A stretch of 64,000 bases of DNA. Source: Gammaproteobacteria bacterium (lineage in GTDB: Bacteria; Pseudomonadota; Gammaproteobacteria; JABABF01; JAHRAO01). The translations under genes and the position numbers were made by a program. The DNA lies in NCBI GenBank assembly GCA_020027215.1, contig JAHRAO010000006.1:1939-65938 (forward strand), given 5' to 3'. This document shows positions 18,927 through 28,609 of this stretch, piece by piece; positions within the stretch are counted from its first letter, which is position 1, and every line of letters starts with the position of its first letter. Below the pieces are notes generated by a model. That model saw only the letters and a list, made by a program, of their open reading frames with translations, was not told the DNA's origin and did no database searches.

Positions 18927-19876
18927 TGGCGTAGATAACGCACCACCGCGATCCAAGATCCGACAACTCCCAACAGTGCCGTGCCAAACATCAATTGCAG
19001 TCCAAGCAGTGGTGTAATAGTCGCCAGATTATAGGTATGCCCATACAATGCCAATAAATTGTGTAGCGATGCGCTGATCCAATCTAAAATCAATTTAGCG
19101 AATATCCACGCAATACCGCCACCAATAAAACCATACCAAAAACCCGTATAGATAAAGGGTCTGCGAATAAACGCTCTGCTTGCACCAAATAAATGAATAA
19201 TTTCTATTTCATCTCGGCGGTTACTAATAATCCAGTGCACCATACTACTAATCACCAACACCACTGCTGCTAAAAGTAACAGTGCAATTAAAGTGCCAAT
19301 GCGCTCAATCAGCATCACTAATTGCTGGAAGCGTTGGAGCCATTCTATGTCTAGCTGCACTTGCGCTACTTCTTTCAGCGCCAATAGTTTATTTTTGAGT
19401 GCGGCGAGCTGTTGATGAGTGGCGGCGTCAGCCGTCGGTTCAATTTCAATGACTTCAGGCAACGGATTATACGATAAGGTTTCTATCATATCGGCGAGCC
19501 CAGATTGTGCCTTAAACTCCGCTAACGCTTGTTCGGCATCGATGTATTTCACTGTTTTGACTTCCGGCAATTGCTGTAAATGATGCGCTAAATTTTTGCC
19601 ATTGCTCTGAGGATGGAGGAATAAAGAGAGGGTGATCGGCTCTCGCCAATAGTGTTCGTTGCTTTGTAAGGCATCCGTGCAGATATAAAAAATAGTCGGC
19701 ATCACTATGGCGATAGCAATTAAAAGACAGGTGACCACACTATTGACTGGGGTGCGCACAATGCGCAGCAAACTATCGTAACACTGCGTATAGTGATGTC
19801 TTATCCACGCGCGTATTCTATCGCCGAAATTTCGGCGCCGACGTTTACGATGAGATGGGTGTTGGGGGGCTTTCAT
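18899..19876 (-). CDS. ftsX: Cell division permease
   Basis: N-terminal TM, periplasmic loop with NPLP, RRDEIEI..GAS..FIRRPFIY.G; directly after ftsE. Confidence 0.93.
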   Translation of the reverse strand: MKAPQHPSHRKRRRRNFGDRIRAWIRHHYTQCYDSLLRIVRTPVNSVVTCLLIAIAIVMPTIFYICTDALQSNEHYWREPITLSLFLHPQSNGKNLAHHLQQLPEVKTVKYIDAEQALAEFKAQSGLADMIETLSYNPLPEVIEIEPTADAATHQQLAALKNKLLALKEVAQVQLDIEWLQRFQQLVMLIERIGTLIALLLLAAVVLVISSMVHWIISNRRDEIEIIHLFGASRAFIRRPFIYTGFWYGFIGGGIAWIFAKLILDWISASLHNLLALYGHTYNLATITPLLGLQLMFGTALLGVVGSWIAVVRYLRHHIELPVNL

Positions 19877-20544
19877 CGTAAAGTATCACCGGTTAAGCGA
19901 CCATTTTTTAAGGTGATGACCCTATGTTGCATTTTTTGTACCAAAGATAAATCATGGCTCACAATAAGAATAGTCGTTCCGCTATCGTGTAGGTGGGCAA
20001 ATAAATTCATAATGCTGTCCGAAAGATCAGGATCTAAATTACCGGTCGGTTCATCTGCGATGAGCAGTAAAGGATTATTGACAATAGCGCGGGCTATACC
20101 GACGCGTTGTTGTTCTCCCGCGGATAATTTCATGGGGTTGCGGGTCGCATAATCATCCAATGCCACACGCTCTAAAACTGCTTCGACACGGCGAGCAATC
20201 TGGGTTTGCGGGTAGCCAGCGATGATTAAAGGCAAGGCGATATTATCGTAGACATTACGGTCAAAAAGCAACTGATTATTTTGAAAAACCGTCCCAATAT
20301 TTCTGCGGTAATAACAAGCCCGTTTACTGGTGACGGTGCGTAGATTGCGACCGTGCATCCAAATTTGCCCTCGGGTGGCGCGCTCGCTTAATAAAATAAG
20401 TTTCAGAATAGTGCTTTTGCCCGCACCCGAATGCCCGGTCAAAAAAACCATCTCATTCTTTTCAATCGTAAAATTGATATCGTATAATGCTTGGTATCCG
20501 TTGGCAAAACGCATAGACACATCATTAAAACGAATCATTTCCAT
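19873..20544 (-). CDS. ftsE: Cell division ABC ATPase
   Basis: GHSGAGKST, LSAGEQQRVGIARAIVN, ADEPTGNLD. Confidence 0.95.
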   Translation of the reverse strand: MEMIRFNDVSMRFANGYQALYDINFTIEKNEMVFLTGHSGAGKSTILKLILLSERATRGQIWMHGRNLRTVTSKRACYYRRNIGTVFQNNQLLFDRNVYDNIALPLIIAGYPQTQIARRVEAVLERVALDDYATRNPMKLSAGEQQRVGIARAIVNNPLLLIADEPTGNLDPDLSDSIMNLFAHLHDSGTTILIVSHDLSLVQKMQHRVITLKNGRLTGDTLR

Positions 20545-20672
20545 AATCAATACAGGAAAAAGAAAAGCGAGCGGATCCTATACTGACGATATAAAATATT
20601 GATACGCATAATGAATATTATTATCCGTGCAGACTGTATCACTTCATCAACATCTTGCAAGATTAGGTAATC

Positions 20673-21773
20673 ATGGACGTTAGTTTATCATTGTCAAGGT
20701 TCGCATGGGCGATAATTGATTTGCCCGCTTTAGCGCACAATGTCAGCATTGCTCAGCGCCTTGCGGGAGGGAAGAAAATTCTTGCTGTGATCAAAGCTAA
20801 TGCTTATGGACATGGAATGGTTGAGGTCGGTCAATACCTACAACCACTCGTCAATGGTCTCGTAGTGGCACGATTGGATGAAGCGGTTGAATTACGGGAA
20901 GCCGGCATCACAGCCGATCTCCTCATTCTTTGTCCGCCCATCCAGCGCGAGACTATTCAATGGGCCGAGGCACACCACTGTGATTTAGTCGTGCACCATC
21001 ACGATGATGTCGCACAACTGGTCAACAATCCACCGCAACAACCGCTACGAATATGGCTCAAAATGGATAGTGGGATGCATAGATTAGGACTATCTCCAGC
21101 AGAGTTAGTTGCGGCGCACAATCAACTGTCACAACTCCAATATATTCGCGACATCATACATTGCACTCATTTAGCGCAAGCCGATCAACCGCAATCAGAT
21201 TTCACGCAAAAGCAAATTGATGATTTCATCCATGCGTCAAGCCCTTTTCGTGTTGAGCGCAGTATCGCGAATTCGGGAGGTTTATTCCACTACCCGACAA
21301 GCATTGCCGACTGGAATCGCCCCGGCATTATGTTGTATGGGGCAACACCCGCTAATAACGTTGCTTCTGCACAGCAACACGGATTACAAGTCGTGATGAC
21401 GCTGCAAGCCACTTTAGTGGCGACACGCTCTATTGCAAGTGGAGAGTCCGTTGGCTACGGGGCAACATGGCGGGCGACTCGTCCCAGCCGCATCGGCACC
21501 ATAGCCATCGGCTATGGCGATGGCTATCCACGCTACGGATCCCAACAGTCGCAGGTGAAGTTGGGCGATCATTTAGTCCCCATCGTGGGGAAAGTATCAA
21601 TGGATAGTTTAACCGTTGACCTCACCGACTATCCGGATGTCGCCATAGGTGATGTTGCCACATTATGGGGGCAAGGGCTGCCTATTAACACGGTTGCCCG
21701 TCATGCCGATACCATTGCTTACACCCTCATGACTGGAATACAAAAACGAGTACGCAAACAATACCTGCACTAA
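20673..21773 (+). CDS. alr: Alanine racemase
   Basis: AVIKANAYGHG (PLP lysine), DSGMHRLG, RPGIMLYG, GYGDGYPR, VSMD. Confidence 0.97.
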   Translation: MDVSLSLSRFAWAIIDLPALAHNVSIAQRLAGGKKILAVIKANAYGHGMVEVGQYLQPLVNGLVVARLDEAVELREAGITADLLILCPPIQRETIQWAEAHHCDLVVHHHDDVAQLVNNPPQQPLRIWLKMDSGMHRLGLSPAELVAAHNQLSQLQYIRDIIHCTHLAQADQPQSDFTQKQIDDFIHASSPFRVERSIANSGGLFHYPTSIADWNRPGIMLYGATPANNVASAQQHGLQVVMTLQATLVATRSIASGESVGYGATWRATRPSRIGTIAIGYGDGYPRYGSQQSQVKLGDHLVPIVGKVSMDSLTVDLTDYPDVAIGDVATLWGQGLPINTVARHADTIAYTLMTGIQKRVRKQYLH

Positions 21774-21838
21774 CCCGCATGAGATGCACTGCGACCATCT
21801 AATTTGTTTGCAAATCTATACAAGGTATAATAACCACT

Positions 21839-23023
21839 ATGTTCAAAAAATTGACCCTCAAGATCAGGCACAATGCTATCGCCCTCTCCATTCTGCTTGT
21901 CGGGTTTGTTTTACTTATATTTTTATCGTATGGTAAACCCGCTCCGCAAAAAAAGCCCCTCCCTCCTCCTTTAGCCGTTACAGCGCAGGTGGTAGAAGTC
22001 ACGCCACAAAAACGATCACTTAATGTCTATACACAAGGAACGGTGAACCCCCGCCGCGCAATTGATCTCACCGTACAGGTGGGCGGCGAGGTCGTGCGTG
22101 TAGCGGAACAATTTGTTGCAGGGGGATATTTTGCGCAGGGCGAATTTATCTTACAAGTTGATCCGGTCAATTATGAAATTGCTTTAGTGCACGCGGAAGC
22201 ACAATTAACCGCCGCCGAAGAACGTCTAGCGGTCGTCAAAGGAGCAGTGCGCCAAGCACAACGTGAATGGCGCGATTTAGGAGATGAAGAAGCAAACGCC
22301 CTCTTCCTGCAAAAACCACAACTAAAAAACGCGCAAACGCAAATTAAAGCCGCCAAAGCCAATGTTCGCCAAGCACAAATTAACTTACGCCGCACGACTA
22401 TTCATGCACCATACCCATTGCGCGTGCAACGCATTCATGTTGATTTAGGACAATATCTCCCGCCCAACACCCGCATTGCACATGTTCATAGTACCGATAT
22501 TGCCGAAGTCCGCTTACCACTCACCGACCGACAGGTCGCAATGTTGCAGGTACACGATAATGTGCACAATCAGCGCCTGCGGGCAAATATCAGCGCGGTC
22601 ATCGCGAATAAAAAATGGCAATGGCCTGCGGCCATTACACGCACCGAGGCGAGTTTAGATGTGCGCAATCGCGTTATTTATATGGTTGCCGAAGTGAAAC
22701 AAACCGCGCACAATGATTTTCCACCTCTTACATCTGGGCGATTTGTGCACGCAGAAATTATCGGACAAGAACAAGACAATATATTGATATTGCCGCGAGA
22801 CGCATTACGCACTGGCAATATTATTTGGCGAGTCGACCAGAATGAACAATTGGCGGTAGACCATGTAGATTTTTTGCAGCTCACCCCAAAAGGCGTAGCA
22901 GTGCGCGGCACATATGACCACCCCATTCAAGTCATTACATCACCTTTATCCCTTGCTATGCCAGGTATGAAAGTGATCGTAACACAACAAACAGCACGTG
23001 ATATATCTTTAACGGACAAATGA
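21839..23023 (+). CDS. RND efflux periplasmic adaptor (membrane fusion protein)
   Basis: N-terminal TM, lipoyl-like QVGGEVV, coiled hairpin, RTTIHAPY, EVRLP. ATGA overlap with the RND gene. Confidence 0.92.
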   Translation: MFKKLTLKIRHNAIALSILLVGFVLLIFLSYGKPAPQKKPLPPPLAVTAQVVEVTPQKRSLNVYTQGTVNPRRAIDLTVQVGGEVVRVAEQFVAGGYFAQGEFILQVDPVNYEIALVHAEAQLTAAEERLAVVKGAVRQAQREWRDLGDEEANALFLQKPQLKNAQTQIKAAKANVRQAQINLRRTTIHAPYPLRVQRIHVDLGQYLPPNTRIAHVHSTDIAEVRLPLTDRQVAMLQVHDNVHNQRLRANISAVIANKKWQWPAAITRTEASLDVRNRVIYMVAEVKQTAHNDFPPLTSGRFVHAEIIGQEQDNILILPRDALRTGNIIWRVDQNEQLAVDHVDFLQLTPKGVAVRGTYDHPIQVITSPLSLAMPGMKVIVTQQTARDISLTDK

Positions 23024-26000
23024 AAGGGATTATTGCTTGGTTTACCCATAACTCCATTGCCGCTAATCTACTGATGGTGTTGATTATTGTTGGCGGCATC
23101 ACCACCATTCCGACCATCAATAAAGAATTTTTTCCCGAGCGCAAAATTAACCTTATATCAATTAGCATGGTTTACCCTGGCGCAGGGCCCTTTGAAGTCG
23201 AGCAACAGATTTGTCGGCGCATTGAAGATGCCATCGACGGGGTTAACGGCATAAAGGAAGTGCGCTCAACCGCCTATGAAAGTTATGGCGAGACAACTGT
23301 TGAAATTAAACTGGATAGCGATTCTTTAAGTGTTTTTAATGAGGTTAAATCACGCGTCGATGCTATCACCACATTCCCTAACAGTGCAGAAAATTTAGTC
23401 ATTCGTGAAATTCAATGGTCATCACAAATAATGAGCATAGGGTTAGCGGGCGCTATTGGCGAAGCCAACCTCAAAGAATTAGGCGAACAAATTCGCGAAG
23501 AGCTACTCACCCTCCCGCATGTGCCCAAAGTGAATCTCAACCGTCCGCGCGCTTACGAAATCGGTATTGAAATATCCGAAGAAGCTTTGCGGCGATATGG
23601 ATTGCGCTTTGCGGAGGTCGCCGCTGCTATTCGCGGGCAATCTATTGATCTACCGGCGGGGAAGTTGCTCTCTACCCACGGTGATGTGCATATTCAAGCG
23701 CGGGGGCAAGCCTATACCGCTAATCAATTCGGTAATATTGTTTTATTGAGCGACACAGACGGCACTATTGTGCGTTTACGTGATGTGGCGACTATTATTG
23801 ATGGTTTCGAAGAATTGGATATAGACGCCCGTTTTAATGGGTTGCCATCTTTAACTGTAGATGTTTATTTGACCAACAATCCCAATATATCTGCGGCGAG
23901 TGGCGAAGTGCACGAGTATATTGACCAGCTCAATACTCGTTTACCAGAAGGGGTAGTCGCCGATGTGTGGTTTGATATGAATCGCCCCTTCCAAGGGCGA
24001 TTAGAGACATTATTTAATAACGGATTGAGCGGGTTAATATTAGTATTTATTTTGCTCTTACTGTTTTTACGCCCTAAAGTAGCCGCATGGGTTGCGGTTG
24101 GCATATTAGTGGCTTTCTTAGGAGCAATTTGGTTCCTCCCAGTGATGGATTCGAGCTTCAACATCATCTCCTTATTTGCTTTTATTCTCATTTTAGGCAT
24201 AGTCGTGGATGATGCGATCATAGTTGGCGAATCCATTTATACCCAGCAACAGAAAGATCCGCCAGGTCCCGCACAAGCGGTTCGTGGAACCATTGCCGTT
24301 ATTCGCCCAGTATTTTTTGCGGTCGTCTCAACAATTATCGTGTTCAGTGGTTTCTTTTTAATGAGTGAAAACTCTCCCGAAGCACTGCAAATCGCAAAAG
24401 TAGTGGTCATTGCACTCGCCTTCTCTCTGCTCGAATCATTACTCATTCTCCCGTGCCATTTACGACACATGCCCAAAGAAAAGGAAGCAACCGCATCGTG
24501 GCACAAAGCACTCCAAAAGGTACGCTTATTCTTTCACAATGGCATGCAATCCGCCATCCAACGATATTACATCCCTCTTCTACAATGGTCTATGCACCAC
24601 AAATGGGTCACCTTTACTTTCTTTACGCTACTGCTCGCTTTACCGATCAGTTACTTTAATGGCGGGTGGATTGAAAAGAGCTTTTTCCCTCGGGTTCCGG
24701 GAAATATTATCGTAGCGACAGTCAAAATGCCTAAAAATAGCCCGTTTAAGGAAGTATCTGCTGTTGCACAGCATGTAGAAACGCAGTTAGGGCAATTGCG
24801 GAAAGAAACACCGTATAAAGGCTATATTAAAAATGTGCTCGCGTTTGCTTACAGCGATACCGTGCGCATAATCGCGGCACTCAAAGATACATCTGAGATA
24901 GTAGATGCCGATGATCGCCCTTTTAGTAATCAACAATTTGCTGAGCGGTGGAAAGAACTTATTGGCGATCTTCCCCAAGCCCGAGATTACGAAGTGCGCG
25001 CCACTATATTTTCTCCGGGGAAACCCATTGAGTTAGAAGTGCAGGCACCAACCATTGAAATGCTCAGCGCAGCAAGCGAGGATATCATTGTATGGTTCAA
25101 AGGGTTTAATGGTGTGCATAATGTGCGCAGTGATTTAGATGATCCGAAAGCCGAAATAGAGCTTTCGCTCAAACCTTATGCCGAAACTTTAGGCATAAGT
25201 TTAGCCGATGTGAGTCGAGAAGTAAGGCGTGGATTTTACGGTGAAGAAGTGCAGAAAATCCCTCGTCTGCGGGAAGATGTACGCGTGATGGTGCGTTATC
25301 CGCGAAGCACACGCGAAGATATCGGTCATATCTATGATATGCGTATTCGCACCCTTGATGGACGCGAGATTCCTTTTGAAGAAGCCGTGGCGATCAATTA
25401 TCGCGATAGTTATACTGAAATTAAAAGGATTGATCGCAAGCGGGTCACTAAAGTCACCGCAGAAGTACTCGCCGGTATATCGCCTTATGAGATTACTCAA
25501 GCATTTTTTGCGCAACAAAAAAATGATCTCATTGCCCGCTACCCCGGGCTTGATATAAAATTAGCGGGCGAACAAGAAGAACAGCAAGAATTTCAAGCCC
25601 GCTTGCTCAGCATTTCGCTCGCTATTATTATTATTATTTATGCCTTGATGGCGGTGGTCTTTCATTCTTATTGGCAACCGCTTCTTATCGTTAGTGCGAT
25701 CCCTTTCGGTTTTTTAGGCGCCATTATTGGGCACATTCTATTCGGACGAGAATTCAGTTTATTCTCTATGCTCGGGTTGTTTGCTTGTGCTGGGGTCGTC
25801 ATCAATGACAATCTCGTTTTAGTTGACCGCATCAATATACTCCGTAAAGAAAACAAAGGACTATGGGACGCCATTGTGCAAGGCGGACGCAGTCGTTTTC
25901 GCGCCATTGTCCTCACTTCGTTAACGACTTTTGTCGGCTTACTGCCTATCCTCTTTAACCCTTCGATACAAGCAAAATTTCTAATCCCGATGGTGCTCTC

Positions 26001-26163
26001 TCTCTCCTTTGGCGTGTTATTCGCCAGCGGGGTCACTTTATTTTTTGTCCCATCCATGTACTTAATAGGGGAAAATTTCAAGCAGCGGATCAGCAATTGG
26101 CGTCATCGCCGTCAACAGCACGACCCCTCCATTATATCGCACCCGCAGAGCAAATCACCATAG
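23020..26163 (+). CDS. RND (AcrB/AcrD/AcrF family) permease
   Basis: AANLLM, GIVVDDAIIVGE, GVVINDNLVL, SRFRAIVLTSLTT; 1047 aa. Confidence 0.95.
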   Translation: MKGIIAWFTHNSIAANLLMVLIIVGGITTIPTINKEFFPERKINLISISMVYPGAGPFEVEQQICRRIEDAIDGVNGIKEVRSTAYESYGETTVEIKLDSDSLSVFNEVKSRVDAITTFPNSAENLVIREIQWSSQIMSIGLAGAIGEANLKELGEQIREELLTLPHVPKVNLNRPRAYEIGIEISEEALRRYGLRFAEVAAAIRGQSIDLPAGKLLSTHGDVHIQARGQAYTANQFGNIVLLSDTDGTIVRLRDVATIIDGFEELDIDARFNGLPSLTVDVYLTNNPNISAASGEVHEYIDQLNTRLPEGVVADVWFDMNRPFQGRLETLFNNGLSGLILVFILLLLFLRPKVAAWVAVGILVAFLGAIWFLPVMDSSFNIISLFAFILILGIVVDDAIIVGESIYTQQQKDPPGPAQAVRGTIAVIRPVFFAVVSTIIVFSGFFLMSENSPEALQIAKVVVIALAFSLLESLLILPCHLRHMPKEKEATASWHKALQKVRLFFHNGMQSAIQRYYIPLLQWSMHHKWVTFTFFTLLLALPISYFNGGWIEKSFFPRVPGNIIVATVKMPKNSPFKEVSAVAQHVETQLGQLRKETPYKGYIKNVLAFAYSDTVRIIAALKDTSEIVDADDRPFSNQQFAERWKELIGDLPQARDYEVRATIFSPGKPIELEVQAPTIEMLSAASEDIIVWFKGFNGVHNVRSDLDDPKAEIELSLKPYAETLGISLADVSREVRRGFYGEEVQKIPRLREDVRVMVRYPRSTREDIGHIYDMRIRTLDGREIPFEEAVAINYRDSYTEIKRIDRKRVTKVTAEVLAGISPYEITQAFFAQQKNDLIARYPGLDIKLAGEQEEQQEFQARLLSISLAIIIIIYALMAVVFHSYWQPLLIVSAIPFGFLGAIIGHILFGREFSLFSMLGLFACAGVVINDNLVLVDRINILRKENKGLWDAIVQGGRSRFRAIVLTSLTTFVGLLPILFNPSIQAKFLIPMVLSLSFGVLFASGVTLFFVPSMYLIGENFKQRISNWRHRRQQHDPSIISHPQSKSP

Positions 26164-26168
26164 GTATA

Positions 26169-27920
26169 ATGCGCTATTCGTCGTTATTAGGGCTCACAAC
26201 AGTTGAACACCAAACGATTCCCTATCATCAAATAGAACCTAAAATTAATCCTAAAAAATCTCGCTGGCGGCGATCACGGCATAAGAAAGTCAAACTGCCC
26301 TTACCAGAAATTTTTGCCTTGTGGCTCCCTTATTGCTATACACGCATACTGGAACAAATTAAAAATGTTGTGCCGCTGGCGATGTATTTACTGATGTTTC
26401 AAATATTCATTTTACGTCAGCCCATTAACAATGCTTTCTCGTTGACGCTTGGACTCGTTGCAGTCATTATTGGATTGGCAATTTTTATGGAAGGACTGCA
26501 TAAAGGGCTGATGCCATTTAGCACCCGCATAGGCGATCACTTACCGCAAAAGGTCAATATATTGGTTGTATTTATCATCATCGGTATTTTAGGAGTCGGT
26601 GTCACTTTTGCCGAGCCGGCAATTGGCGCATTACAAGCATTTGGTGCCTCATTGGATATCAATAAAGTCCCTTATTTATACGAAATGCTCAATAACCGAG
26701 TGTTATTACTCGTTATATTCGTGGGATGCGGTGTCGGGATTGCCGCTATACTCGGCACGATGCGTTTGATCTATGGGTGGTCGCTTAAAACAATGATTTA
26801 TCCCACTGTAGGGATTGTGATGGCGCTGAGTATTTATGTGTGGTGGCAACCCGATCTGCGCAGTGTATTAGGCTTGGCATGGGATTGCGGTGCGGTGACC
26901 ACAGGTCCGGTCACTGTGCCTTTGGTTCTCGCCTTAGGCATAGGTCTATCTAATGCAACACAACACGATGGGCAATCATCCCTATCGGGTTTTGGCATTG
27001 TCACCATGGCATCTCTATTGCCGATTATTGCTGTTTTACTCATGGCGATATGGTTATCATTCACCATGACTCCAGAACAAATTATCGCACAAGCCAGTGT
27101 GCACAAAAGTATTGCTCTTGCCCCATCTTTGTGGTCAACGACACCTTTCAATGAAATTATTATGGGACTACGCGCCATTATCCCCCTAGTATTATTCTTA
27201 TTATTTGTTTTATTAGTAATTATTCGCTCTACTCTCGTCGATAGAATAGAAACTATTTATGGCTTGGTGCTGCTCGCTATAGGAATGTGTATATTTAACA
27301 TTGGGCTCTCTTACGGCTTAGGCGCTATTGGCACCCAAGTTGGGAACAACCTTTCCGCTGCATTTATGGAATCATCCAGCCTCCAACAGTCCCCTATTTA
27401 TACCGCAAGTGTGGGTTTATTTTTAGTAATTTTGTTTGCCTTCATACTCGGTTTTGGCGCAACTATAGCTGAACCCGCACTGAATGCACTCGGGCACACA
27501 GTGCAGAACCTCACTAATGGCGCATTCAAAAAAACGATGTTGATGTATAGTGTGGCAGTCGGGGTGGCAATTGGTATGTCCCTCGGAATTGTTAAATTGA
27601 TTTTTAATTTTAACTTGCTAGCCTTACTCTTGCCTTTGTACATGCTTGGGGTTGGATTTACTATTTTTTCATCCGAAGAATTTGTCAATGTCGCGTGGGA
27701 CAGTGCGGGAGTGACCACAGGCCCCGTCACTGTGCCTTTGGTATTGGCGATGGGATTGGGATTAGGGGATGCGATTTCATTATTAGAAGGGTTTGGCATT
27801 CTATCACTTGCCAGTATATGCCCTATTATCTCAGTGTTATTCATGGGGCTTTATATTCAATTCAAGGAAAAATTGTCTGCAAATATAGAAAGCCATATGC
27901 ACTTGGTCACTCAAAGATAA
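26169..27920 (+). CDS. Tandem (fused) DUF1538 membrane protein, putative transporter
   Basis: Two homologous halves, each with AEPA and WD(C/S)xxVTTGPVTVPLVLAxGxG. Likely ATG at 26169, just after the RND stop. Confidence 0.88.
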   Translation: MRYSSLLGLTTVEHQTIPYHQIEPKINPKKSRWRRSRHKKVKLPLPEIFALWLPYCYTRILEQIKNVVPLAMYLLMFQIFILRQPINNAFSLTLGLVAVIIGLAIFMEGLHKGLMPFSTRIGDHLPQKVNILVVFIIIGILGVGVTFAEPAIGALQAFGASLDINKVPYLYEMLNNRVLLLVIFVGCGVGIAAILGTMRLIYGWSLKTMIYPTVGIVMALSIYVWWQPDLRSVLGLAWDCGAVTTGPVTVPLVLALGIGLSNATQHDGQSSLSGFGIVTMASLLPIIAVLLMAIWLSFTMTPEQIIAQASVHKSIALAPSLWSTTPFNEIIMGLRAIIPLVLFLLFVLLVIIRSTLVDRIETIYGLVLLAIGMCIFNIGLSYGLGAIGTQVGNNLSAAFMESSSLQQSPIYTASVGLFLVILFAFILGFGATIAEPALNALGHTVQNLTNGAFKKTMLMYSVAVGVAIGMSLGIVKLIFNFNLLALLLPLYMLGVGFTIFSSEEFVNVAWDSAGVTTGPVTVPLVLAMGLGLGDAISLLEGFGILSLASICPIISVLFMGLYIQFKEKLSANIESHMHLVTQR

Positions 27921-27926
27921 AGTATT

Positions 27927-28289
27927 ATGGCGGATAGAAATATTACTTACCTCACCAATGTCAATTTAATTACTTGCGTTTTGCAAAGTAATTCAGCAGA
28001 ATCCGTATTAGAAATTGCTAAACATGCCGGCGTACAAGGAGCAACGATTACTTACGCCCAAGGAACAGGAATACGGGAACGCATGGGGCTCACTGGAATG
28101 GCAATTGACAAGCACAAAGAAGTGGTGCGCATGATCGTCTCCGAAGAGCAAACCGAACATGTGTTTGAGAGCCTTTATTTAGCGGGAGAATTAGATAAGC
28201 CGGGGAATGGCATCATGTTTGTCACGGCATTAGAAAAGATTGCCACCTATATTCCTAAAAATGTATTAAAAAAACTCAGCAAAGCGTAA
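27927..28289 (+). CDS. PII-family regulator associated with DUF1538
   Basis: AGVQGATI..GTG..KEVV..AGELDKPGNGIMFV, a PII-like fold signature. Confidence 0.85.
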   Translation: MADRNITYLTNVNLITCVLQSNSAESVLEIAKHAGVQGATITYAQGTGIRERMGLTGMAIDKHKEVVRMIVSEEQTEHVFESLYLAGELDKPGNGIMFVTALEKIATYIPKNVLKKLSKA

Positions 28290-28295
28290 AACTAT

Positions 28296-28601
28296 ATGTT
28301 TATTGAAATAGGTGGTATGTTGGAAAAAAGAATTGGCGATAGAGCGTTCCAAGCACTAAAAAATAATGCGCATATTGAGGCTATTTTTATTGAACACGGG
28401 AGATCCAGTGACTTATTTGAACATAAGCAATTCGGCTATTTTGGCGAAGCGACAATTCTTTCCATTATTATTCAAGCACAGCACAAAGAAAAGATTTTTC
28501 AAAAATTATATAAACTATGCGAATTAGATACTGCGCACAATGGCATTATCTATATCAATAAGCCTGTAGCCACAATTTCTATGGACAAAACAACCGATTA
28601 G
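28296..28601 (+). CDS. Second, divergent PII-like protein
   Basis: HGR..ILSIII..IFQKLYKLCELDTAHNGIIY parallels the C-terminal half of the upstream PII. Confidence 0.6.
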   Translation: MFIEIGGMLEKRIGDRAFQALKNNAHIEAIFIEHGRSSDLFEHKQFGYFGEATILSIIIQAQHKEKIFQKLYKLCELDTAHNGIIYINKPVATISMDKTTD

Positions 28602-28609
28602 CGAAGAGT

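Noticed and set aside
26890-27745. Repeated GTGACCACAGGnCCnGTCACTGTGCCTTTGGT sequence
   Set aside because: It encodes the VTTGPVTVPLV motif in both DUF1538 halves; not a mobile or regulatory repeat.
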